DNA from: Fistulifera solaris
Taxonomy: Eukaryota
Assembly: GCA_030295235.1 (NCBI GenBank)
Contig: AP026164.1
Span: 744,001-808,000, forward strand
Length of the DNA: 64,000 nucleotides
Direction: 5' to 3'
The position numbers were made by a program, and so were the translations under genes. Each line of letters starts with the position of its first letter. Position 1 is the first letter of the stretch. Shown in pieces: positions 10,657 to 20,563 of this stretch. Under the pieces are notes generated by a model. It worked only from the letters and a program-made list of their open reading frames with translations. It made no database searches and was not told where the DNA came from.

Positions 10657-13600
10657 ATGTCAACACGCAACGCAGCGTACCGAATTTCGGGGGCACATGA
10701 GTGCGGCTATGACGATGAAGATGATACCGATGGATCTCGTGCGGATCGCCACGGCTCAAGAGCTGGTAAATATGCTGAACGAGCTTCTTCTGACTATGCA
10801 GCCGGAGATGAAACAGATGATGAGCGTAATAGTTCTTTTGAGGGAGGAGGAGATGAGGCAACAAATCCTGATGACGAAGATGACGGTCATCATGTTGAAT
10901 CACCAAATGCGAAATATTATGAGCATATTTCCTCAAAGTCTCGCCTTAAGAGTGCCACTGTTGACCCAGGCACTCCCGGAAAAGTGGTTGAAACAGGAAA
11001 AGAACACACGGGTCGCTGGACTAAGGCAGAGCATGAAGCTTTCTTAGCTGGATTGAAAATGTACGGCAAAGAGTGGAAGAAGGTCGCCGCTAGAGTCAAG
11101 ACCAGAACTGTAGTCCAGACTAGAACGCATGCACAAAAATATTTTCAAAAGTTGCACAAAACATCAGAAGATTCAGGAAACGACTACGTTTCTCGCGCGG
11201 ATTTGGGAGTTTCTGGAGAAACGAAGCGTGGCAACAGCCAAAAGGCAAAGCGAACTACTGATACCGTTGCATCGACTCCGCTGATAGTACGCCCATTATC
11301 ACCAATGAGCAGGAAGCAAAATCGCCGATCCAGCAGCTCTACCTTTGATGCTGCACAAGTTATCTCGAATCTGAGTGGTGGTTCGAAACCGAATGCGCTA
11401 CAGAGTGTTAAATTGGTCCCCAGTTTGCCAACCACACCTTCCATCACTCCTCCTCTTAAGCACGGCTTTTCGACAGAACCTGGTTTACCGTCGTGGGTAT
11501 TGGGGGCCGCGCGGGGTCAAAATGGAACTGATAGCATGATCAAAATCGCTGCACCAGATCCGTCAATAAGTCTACGAAAGGGATTTCCAGAACCTTCTCC
11601 AGCCGCGACAGGAAAAAGAAAACTTGCAGAAATTGCTGCTGCTCGGATGCTTGCTGGTGTAGGAAGCAGTCCTTTAGCGTCGGGCGGTGTAGACGACTGT
11701 CCCCCAACGCCTCCGCCATCGTCGCTGGGACTTGTTGAGGCACCGTTTGTGCCTGCTCTTTCATTTTCGGGATTCAATTCACTGGAGACAAGGAACAAGG
11801 CTTCGTCTTTGGTGCCTCTTCAAATTGTCAACCCAGAGGCGCTTGGAGTGACATTCGGGGAGCAGCTCAAGAGAAAGAGGGACGGAGAAGGTTCACCCGT
11901 GACCCCATGGGAAGGCCAATTGAAGGCACTGGTAGATGAAAAAGTTACCAAAAAAAGTAGAAGCGGATTTTGGGCTGGGATTTGAGTCAACATCACCTTT
12001 GGCCATGTCTTTAGAACCGTCGTCTATCCGGAATCTTCTACCTGTCTGCGGACCAAGTAAAGGATATAATCGGAGTAAGGTCCACCAAGCTGTCTGCGAT
12101 ATTGATGACAAAGGCCTTGATGAACTTTTTAATGAACAGGATGTATCATAGCGGAAATGTGCTAAACCGACAAGATGATGCGGGCTTTCGCCCTCTTCAT
12201 TCAGCTTGTGCGATGATCCTCAAAGACCCGGATAGTGCCAAAACAATAACCAAGATCATTGGTCGGCTTTTTGGAATTGGGGGCCGACCCGTCACTGCAG
12301 GATAGTGACGGTAACACTTGCTTACACTGGGCAGCACGTTCTGGCGAGAAGAGTGTTGTTCGTCAATTGCTTCACAGGAATGCAGCAGTAGATGCTAGGA
12401 ATAAAAGCGGTGAAACTCCTCTTCATCACGCATTACGGTCTGGATTAAGGGGAATTGACGCTGCGGCCGAGCTTTTGGATAGTGGAGCTCGACCAAGTAT
12501 AACAGATAATCAATTTCGACGCCCCGTCGATGTAGCCGGGCAAGGCTTTCTTGACGAACCTCATTCCGTTACTTCACTTCGAGCAAAAGAACAAAATGCC
12601 AAAAAGTCGTCCAGCAAGGAGTTAAAAAAGTTGCTGAAAGATACTGCCGATGCAAGAAGGGAATCTCGTGCCAATTTGCTGATCCGGTCGCCTCAGTCTA
12701 GATCGCTAGTGCTTCATCACCCTGAATGTTTAGAACACCACCCGAAGTCATCCACTGATTGGGAGGCACCTGACCGAATCACGACCATCATAAGAAGAGT
12801 GATACCATCATTCGATTCCACTGGAGTTGCTGAAAACTCTGGCATTTTTCCTCATGAGGTTGTTGTTTCTCAGGAATTTGACCGTGCAACATTGAGCATG
12901 TTGAGCAGGGTGCATAGTACCGAGTACTTAGCCTTCGTCAACAATCTAAGCAACGATTTGAGGAATCAAGCCAGGGAGCCTCTGAGAAAGGGCGAAAGCT
13001 GTATCGAAGATGATGCTTGCAAACCACCCGTTGTCCCGTTTACTCCACTAGTCCAACGGACTATGATCAAGGTCGACGAATCAAGTGTTAAACTAAGCGC
13101 GAATTCTGATACCTCTTTCAGCTCAGGGTCTCTCAAAGCTGCGCGGAGGGCCGCAGGAAGCGTGCAGCATGCGGTTGATTGGTATGTTTCAATTGTCATT
13201 TATTTGTATGCGACGCTCTTTCACTTACCCACCTCTGCACGCCAGCGTCCTTGTCGGTAGAAATCGAAATGCATTCTGCGTCGTGAGACCGCCGGGTCAC
13301 CACGCAGGGATCAACGGCCTACTAGAAGGAGGAGAGTCGTGCGGTTTCTGTATTTTTAACAATGTTGCTGCCGGTGCACTTTATGCCATCTCAGATGATC
13401 GCCTTTTGTGTGAGCGTTGTGCTATTGTGGACATCGACGTCCATCACGGAAACGGAACAGAAGAAATTGTTAGGAGATGCAACGATCCCAGCAAGCTCTT
13501 CTTCTTTTCTATCCATTTATACGACAATGACAAGCGAAAAGGCAAAGGGCAGTTTCAGTATAAGTTCTATCCAGGAACTGGATCGGACGACGATTTAGCA

Positions 13601-14215
13601 CTGAACATTATAAACGTTCCGATTGTACCTCTCTGGAAAGATCAGGCATCACAATCACAAGCGTCACCCGTCAAAACCCACAACACTCGCAAGAAGACGA
13701 AGTCAACACAAGATGTCGTTGACGATTCTTCGACGGGAACAGGTCGAGGAAGTGACGGAGCAAGTGAAGGCGGATCAGGGAGTACATCGGTGGGCTCTCC
13801 AAGACATACGCCAGGAAAATCTGGACGCACAGCATATCGTGAAGCAATTTTAACACGGCTCTTACCATCACTCCGCGCGTTTAATCCAGATTTGATTATA
13901 ATCAGCGCCGGATTCGATGCATGCAAGGGTGACGTTGGAAACGCACGGCACGAGCGCGGAGGAGAGAAAATGGGTCTCGACCTGGAACCCGAAGATTATG
14001 CCTGGACCACGCGCAAGATTCTTGAGGTAGCTGATATGTGCTGTCACGGAAGAGTTGTATCGGTATTGGAAGGTGGATACGGTAGAACGCCGGTAGCGAA
14101 AGTTGAGGCTGGTGCCGAGGACAAACTGGATCGAACAGTTTTTGCGGAATGTGCGGTTCGACATCTACACGCCCTAATTGACCCATACGATTGCGAACAA
14201 CGTTTTACGTCGTGA
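10657..14215 (+). CDS. Myb-like (SHAQKYF-class) DNA-binding domain + ankyrin repeats + class II-type histone deacetylase fusion
   Basis: Myb: GRWTKAEHEAFLAGLKMYGKEWKKVA..QTRTHAQKYF. Ankyrin: GNTCLHWAA, GETPLHHAL. HDAC: RPPGHHAG, GFCIFNN, DIDVHHGNGT, SAGFDA, LEGGY. Intron 13182..13245. Frameshifts near 11950 (A run), 12130-12150 and 12260. Confidence 0.8.
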
Positions 14216-14752
14216 TTCCTGGGTTGATTTTGATCAATCTTAGATTTCTTTTAGAGGCTGCATTTTTGGCAGATGCCAAATATCAGTAAGAATATTTTTT
14301 GTGTTATTGCCATCAATGCGTATGTTTCGACGGATGTATTCTTTATTAAGGAAATAATTTGTAGACTTTTCAGGTGCCTGTCTCATTTTCATTGCGTGTC
14401 CCAGAGATAAGAGAAGTGGGTTAGACTGTTTGACTTGGTTCATAGCCACACAACGTACGATTCCCGGAGTAAAGGTTGAAAGACTCGTGACTGTTTCCAG
14501 TCGCGCAAATTTTGTGGGATTTTTTATTGTGATGGATGATGGAATCGATCAACCCGATAGATTGGAGATGCACGATAATAGCTTATACCAGGTACCAGCA
14601 TTCAACCTACCAGGAATCAAATCCAGCCTCATGGTTTGTGACTAAAAGCTATCTGCAACTAGAGTCTTCAGAAGAAAAACGTCACATTCTCGGCCTTTAA
14701 GGAGCCTTATGGCAACTATTCTAGAGCTACCAACTTCTGTCTGGCAATTAAC

Positions 14753-15687
14753 ATGACAACGTTGGGTGTAGCTCTTTCTCCACCTGTGCGTGCTGTTGAC
14801 AAAGACCAGGACATTCGACTCGCTTTCATCGGTAACTCTATGATCTATTTTAACGACTCTCCTCGACTTGTTGAAAACATGTTGCGTAGCACCGGTTATA
14901 AAGTGAAGCAAGATTCATGCTTGCGCGGTGGGGCAACATTGTCGTCTCTTTGGGAACGAGGTAACGGAATGAAAGATTGCTTCCGGTCCAAGGCAGCTCT
15001 AATTCAGTCTACGAAGGAGATTCCAATGTATGATATCGGTTCGTCTACAGTCGAATCTTTGATCAAAGGGATGGAATTATCTAGTGAAAGCAGACCAGGT
15101 CGAAATATCTTGGTTGTAAACGACCATACACAATCGCCAGCTCGTTTGAGGAGTCGGGATGCTACCGCTGCCGCATTGCGAGATCATTACTTGCCTTGCA
15201 TGTACAAAAGCCTAAAAGATTCCGTTCTCGTTCTTTTCTGCAGACCCCTGCTTATCGTTTGGAAAAAATCAGAGGGACGGAGGACCTAGGGGACTTTGAC
15301 GAGTTCACGAACCGAACACGGGAGGGATATGGTCTCTACTCCGACATAGTCCAACAGGAAACAAGACTACGAGACGTCCCGTCAATCGTAAGCCAAGTAG
15401 CGCCTGTGGGTGAGGCCTTTCGTTGGTTGCGACAGCGAAACCGAGTCTTGTGGGAAAAGTTGTACAGTTATGACGATTTTCATCCAAGTCTGCATGGAAC
15501 ATGGTTACAAGCTTGTATTATATACACTTTGATTACAAAAGAACCACCTCCACTTTACCACGAAAGCTGGTGGCAATCGAGCCGATATCTCGTCGACCAA
15601 CTTCCATTTCCGACAAGCGTAGAGGCGGAAGAACTACGACAACTTGCTTGTGACATTTGTAAGTTATTATTGAGCTCATCAATCTAG
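14753..15687 (+). CDS. SGNH/GDSL-like hydrolase (DUF4886-like)
   Basis: FIGNSMIYFND block I, VAPVGEAF and DDFHPSLHGTWLQAC (DxxH). Frameshift near 15230-15240 joins ORFs 14753..15289 and 15196..15687. Start codon uncertain. Confidence 0.7.
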
Positions 15688-15865
15688 ATAGAGCTTGTTT
15701 TGAAGTTTCTTCATCTCTTTCCATAATCTTCCCTTTAAGGATAGATAAAATTGCCAACTAAATCGACGGTATTTGCATGCTTCGAAGGTCGCCTTCCAAA
15801 AAAAGCATTCGTTTCTCTTGCAAAAAAAGACCCTTTAATACCACTTCCATTAAGCCCAAGTAAGT

Positions 15866-16042
15866 TTACGTTTGCTTCAGGGCCTCGGTTCGACGAGCAG
15901 AACGTGCGCGATCTCGCCTATTTTCTAGCCAGCAGTTTAGCTGCGCGCAAAGTACGATCGATGAAAGCAAAACAATCCCAGAGATCCACGTGACAATCTC
16001 TCGATTCCAGTCAGCAACATTTTGCTGATCTTGAACTTGCAT
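15866..16042 (-). CDS. Possible small single-TM protein or terminal exon of an unmodelled gene (58 aa)
   Basis: Hand translation MQVQDQQNVADWNREIVTWISGIVLLSSIVLCAQLNCWLENRRDRARSARRTEALKQT*: a hydrophobic helix followed by a basic tail. Below the ORF-track length cutoff. Confidence 0.3.
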   Translation of the reverse strand: MQVQDQQNVADWNREIVTWISGIVLLSSIVLCAQLNCWLENRRDRARSARRTEALKQT

Positions 16043-16709
16043 GGTTCGCTCCTATCATGCTTTGAACTTCACGCACAACCGCTATTTCTCTAGTGTCCGC
16101 GGTTCTGTTCAGGAAAGAGAAAGTGATGGCGCAAGGCAAAAAATACATATGGACCGCATAACGAATATTGAAGTTGTCAGAATATCTGTCATAGAACCAT
16201 TCGAATGTGGATGTAATATTGTGTATCGATCACACAAATTTTCAAGTCTATTGGGCAACAATGCCATCATCGCTTTCTCCGGCATGGATAATCAATGGCG
16301 ATTGGCGATAATCGACATTTATTGGAGCATCAACTATAAAAAAAAACAACATATGCAATGTTGCGAATAATGTCTACGTGCATTTCACGCAGGCCCCGTA
16401 GGGAAAATTATCGACAGAGGAGGACCCGGATATTGTGTTACCTGGTTCACACTCACCATTATTATTATTATTGCACATCATCGTCACCATGAGCTTCTAT
16501 GAACACGGGCATTTGGAACCATTATTCGACAAAGCGACATCAAATACTTCATTGATTCTTCCACTTTGCTACTTTGTATTCACCTTGGGCTGTGCTAATT
16601 GAGGCTTTAGAACTAGAACGCAAAATCTCTCTCCATCGGATGACCGATCGATGATGCACAACACATTTACCGTTAAAAAAAGGATTTCACAAGCTTGACT
16701 TTTTCAAAG

Positions 16710-18497
16710 ATGCAACTCAAAAATTGTTTACGGGCACGATTTAACCAGAGAAATGCTCGTTTCTTCTCGAATTGGAAAGTTGACTCGTGGTCCGGTGAAG
16801 TAAAGCTGTCGAAAGGGGGACCTGTGTACCAAGTAATTGTGGGCTTGGAGATCCATGCGCAACTCAATATTCGCGACAAGCTTTTTTCACCGGCCATATC
16901 GTCCGGGATGTACGGTCAATCTTCTTCTATTTATCCATTTGACGTGGCCGTGCCTGGAAAGCTACCACTTTTGTCGGCCGAGGCAGTTCAGAAGGCTGTG
17001 CTCGTCGCGGCAGCGTTGCAATGCGACATTCATACTACTTCTCGCTTTGAAAGGAAGCACTACACCTATGCGGATTTACCGCTTTCTTATCAAATAACAC
17101 AACAACGTTGGCCTTTGGCTGAGAACGGACTGCTGGAATGCTCTTATTTGTCGACCCCGAAAAACAAACTGAACGACGGCCAGTTTGCTAGGTCTACTGG
17201 AAAATTTGATAGCAAACAATCAATTTGCTGTCGCATACAACGCGTCCAACTAGAACAGGATACCGGGAAAACAACATCTACTACTAGGAGTCAAATATGT
17301 AGCAATGGCTCTACCGAAAGTGATCTTTCTGCCGCAACCATAAAAACGACTTACTCTCTCGTCGACTTTTCGCGTGCCGGTTGCGCATTGGTCGAGATCG
17401 TTACAGCTCCCGATTTGAGATCCAGTCTACAAGCGGCTTCGGTGGTACACAGCTTACGCCATCTGCTGCGTTTCACGGGGACTTGTCTCGGCCGTATGGA
17501 AGATGGTAATTTGCGCGTGGATTGCAATGTGAATTTACAGAATGAGCAGCAACGGAGAACGCCCAGAATCGAAATTAAAAACTTGAATTCGATTCAGCAG
17601 GTTCGAGATGCGATCGAGTACGAGGCTGTTCGACAAGCCGAAAACTTTGAGAATTTAGTGGGTGGAGTGGAAGAGACGCGCACGTGGGACGTCTTGAAAC
17701 GAAAGACAACTCTTATTCGAACCAAAGATCAGGCTATTGACTATCGATTTCTTCCCGAACCTGACCTCCCTCCACTTGTGTTAAATGGACATGTTTTAGG
17801 TGTGCCGACAATCAAGCAATTCGTGTTGCGCAATTCACCGGAATTGCCAGCTTTGGCTGAACAGCGCTTGCGGTCGACTTATCAGCTAAGTGAATATCAT
17901 GCGCATGTAATCGCCAGAGACCCAGCGGCCATTCGACTCTTTGAAGAAGCCATGCATTTTGTAAATTATAGTTCCCTTGACACACAACCATCATTGGCAT
18001 CAAAAACGACCGCCAATCTATTATGTAACGACCTTTTCTCGCTGGTGAAGAAAGCAGCGGAACGTCAGGCACACGCATTCATCTTGGACGACGATGATGA
18101 GGTTGTATCCATGTCACATGCGAAAATCAATGGATCCCAGCTAGGCGAAATTGCTACGATGATTCTGCAAGAGCGAATATCTTCAACGATGGCAAAGAAA
18201 TTGCTTGCGTTGCTTTTCACCGATGAATGCGCCGATAGAAATCCCAGCGATCTTGCTCACGATCAAGGATTTCGGTTAATAACTGACCAAGAGGAGCTGC
18301 GAGAGTTGTGTAGAGCAATTTTGCGTGACCACCCAGAGGAAATTGAGGTGTACAAACGGGGAGGAAAATTCATTCAAAAGATGAACAAACTTTTTACGGG
18401 AAAAGCCATGTCATTGAGCAACGGTAATGCACATCCCGAACGATTACAGGATGCACTATGCGATGTCTTGAATGATGTGGCCCCTGGTATTAAGTAA
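16710..18497 (+). CDS. gatB: Glu-tRNA(Gln) amidotransferase subunit B, probably mitochondrial
   Basis: VGLEIHAQL, FERKHYTYADLP..YQITQ, LEQDTGK, LVEIVTAPD, LRVDCNVN, IEIKNLNS, YRFLPEPDLP. Arg-rich N-terminal presequence. Confidence 0.95.
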   Translation: MQLKNCLRARFNQRNARFFSNWKVDSWSGEVKLSKGGPVYQVIVGLEIHAQLNIRDKLFSPAISSGMYGQSSSIYPFDVAVPGKLPLLSAEAVQKAVLVAAALQCDIHTTSRFERKHYTYADLPLSYQITQQRWPLAENGLLECSYLSTPKNKLNDGQFARSTGKFDSKQSICCRIQRVQLEQDTGKTTSTTRSQICSNGSTESDLSAATIKTTYSLVDFSRAGCALVEIVTAPDLRSSLQAASVVHSLRHLLRFTGTCLGRMEDGNLRVDCNVNLQNEQQRRTPRIEIKNLNSIQQVRDAIEYEAVRQAENFENLVGGVEETRTWDVLKRKTTLIRTKDQAIDYRFLPEPDLPPLVLNGHVLGVPTIKQFVLRNSPELPALAEQRLRSTYQLSEYHAHVIARDPAAIRLFEEAMHFVNYSSLDTQPSLASKTTANLLCNDLFSLVKKAAERQAHAFILDDDDEVVSMSHAKINGSQLGEIATMILQERISSTMAKKLLALLFTDECADRNPSDLAHDQGFRLITDQEELRELCRAILRDHPEEIEVYKRGGKFIQKMNKLFTGKAMSLSNGNAHPERLQDALCDVLNDVAPGIK

Positions 18498-18526
18498 ACG
18501 GTGTTAAACTTGATGCGTTGCATCCT

Positions 18527-19267
18527 TTAATCAATTTCGCCAAGTTCCTTTAGTTTTCGCACGGCAAGAAGACATGCCCAAGAGCCGACCACAGTCATAT
18601 GGCCGCCATCGATCCACGTCATCAGTTGAATGATCGGTACATTCGACAGTATTTGCATACCTTCTTCCAGTTCATCTCGAGATCTAGCATTCGCGAATTC
18701 AACAGGAGTAGGATCGATAACGAGATAGACCGACAACCGGGTCGTTGAATATTTGTCCATGAGGATATTGACCACCAGCGGTTGCCATTTTCCACCTTTC
18801 AATCGACATTCTTCTTCGAGCTCAAACTGCGCCGCTATTAAAATAGGATCCTCATCTTCATTCAAATGTTTATCATCCACCATGCCAGCCGCTAATCCTA
18901 TCTTCATTCCGTCGGAAGCGGGCATGAACTCTCGTACCAGTGTTGTTGTCTTGGTTGCTGAGTTCCAAACGAAAATCAAAACGGCCTGATCGGTACCATT
19001 CTGCGTAACAATCTCAAAATCAGCATTCGCTCCACTCGGAAATTGGACTCGTCGATTCCAAAGACTTCTCCATTTTCCTTGAAAGAGGACAGTTTCCGAT
19101 AATTTGTGATGAAGTACGCTTTGAGGCTCACTATCGACAGCATCCCCTCGATAGACAAACGGAGGTTTTGACAATAGCTTATCTTTTCTCTTACTCCCTC
19201 CAAATGATCGTACTCCTGGAGCAGAGATGAAGCTCAAGAACACGACGAGGCAGCGAAAATGACACAT
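18527..19267 (-). CDS. Nudix hydrolase (ADP-ribose pyrophosphatase-like), predicted plastid-targeted
   Basis: LVREF and Nudix box-like AAGMVDD..AAQFELEEEC. N-terminus MCHFRCLVVFLSFISAPGVRS-F resembles a signal peptide with Phe at +1. Confidence 0.8.
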   Translation of the reverse strand: MCHFRCLVVFLSFISAPGVRSFGGSKRKDKLLSKPPFVYRGDAVDSEPQSVLHHKLSETVLFQGKWRSLWNRRVQFPSGANADFEIVTQNGTDQAVLIFVWNSATKTTTLVREFMPASDGMKIGLAAGMVDDKHLNEDEDPILIAAQFELEEECRLKGGKWQPLVVNILMDKYSTTRLSVYLVIDPTPVEFANARSRDELEEGMQILSNVPIIQLMTWIDGGHMTVVGSWACLLAVRKLKELGEID

Positions 19268-19897
19268 TTGCTTCGTTTTGACCCCCAAAAGTTGGCTTCC
19301 GTTAATTCAATAATGTCACAAAAAACTTTAGATGCGTTTTGCTGAAAGAAATCCTTGCGATCCTTGGATAGAAATACTTGGCGTACTTTGTTTTTGTAAA
19401 GGTGGTGCCAAAGAAGAATGAGGCGGATAAAAAAGTGATGCGACGTTTCTTGTTGCGATGCTGTAAACAGCTGTAAGGCACAGAAAGGGTAGCAATCGAA
19501 GTTATTCAAAACAGATCAAGCATTAGTCAATACTTTGTCTTAAGCGACGACCCATTTTTAGAAAGAAAGAGATTGCTGAACATCCATGGATCACAATAAT
19601 TAGTTTTCTTCATAGTTTCCTTATCACAAGACGGGATTGAAAACACTTTTAAGTCGGAATCTCTTAAATGGCATTCTTTACGCCATATTAAAAGTTGATG
19701 CATTTTCTTGAAACACAATTGACGCTCATTCAATGCTACAACATGAGCAACATGAGTAGCCTCGATACAACAAGGGATGGATCCAATGATTGACTAACAC
19801 CTGTTGCTGTGAAACAGTGACAGGGATGTCGATCTTCTGAAATTAGGATGGTACCTATCTGACGGGACTGAACTCAATTTGAATATGGAACGGCATG

Positions 19898-19954
19898 AAA
19901 ATTCTGCCTCGTCGTAGACGCTACGTACAATCTTGTACTGGGAGGCAGAATTTT
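19898..19954. repeat. 13-bp perfect inverted repeat enclosing two internal hairpins (T-shaped palindrome)
   Basis: AAAATTCTGCCTC (19898-19910) pairs with GAGGCAGAATTTT (19942-19954). Inside are CGTAG-acg-CTACG and GTACAA-tc-TTGTAC. Confidence 0.8.
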
Positions 19955-20563
19955 AACGTCCTTCCCTGAACTTCCCATCTTTTTACGCCATAGTCAACCA
20001 TTAATTTTTATTTGTTAGGGACAAGGATTTCGCAAGGCGCGCCAAGATGCACGCACGCACGCGCAACGATGGACGCTTACAAAGTATTTAGCGGATAAAC
20101 ACGGCAAACGTGAAACGTGACGAAGAATCAAGTTTAATTAAAGAGCTCAATTCTTCAACGGATGGAATGATATAGAGATTTTTGTCACTGCTGTCCGTTG
20201 CTCATTGGTCCATCCTTAATGACATCGAGCCGCTCCTTGGAAAGCGCGCGCTTGCACGACTCTTTCGTTCGAGACGAACAATTACAAGGTAAACACACTT
20301 TGTGACACTGAGTGTGAATACGAAACAACACTGAACAGAACGAAGGGTAACCAAAGCCAATCATTAGCTCGACAGTTGATGTATTAAGCCTGAAGATGCG
20401 CCAAAGCTGCACTTTGATGGATGAAATGTCGATGAGGAAAGATGATAACAGTCATTTTACAACATTTCAACACAAGGGACGAAAAAAAAGTTGTTGCCTT
20501 TTACATCTGAAACGACCTCGACGTGACCGGCATCGCAGTGAAACAGATCATTCTTCGCCGAGC

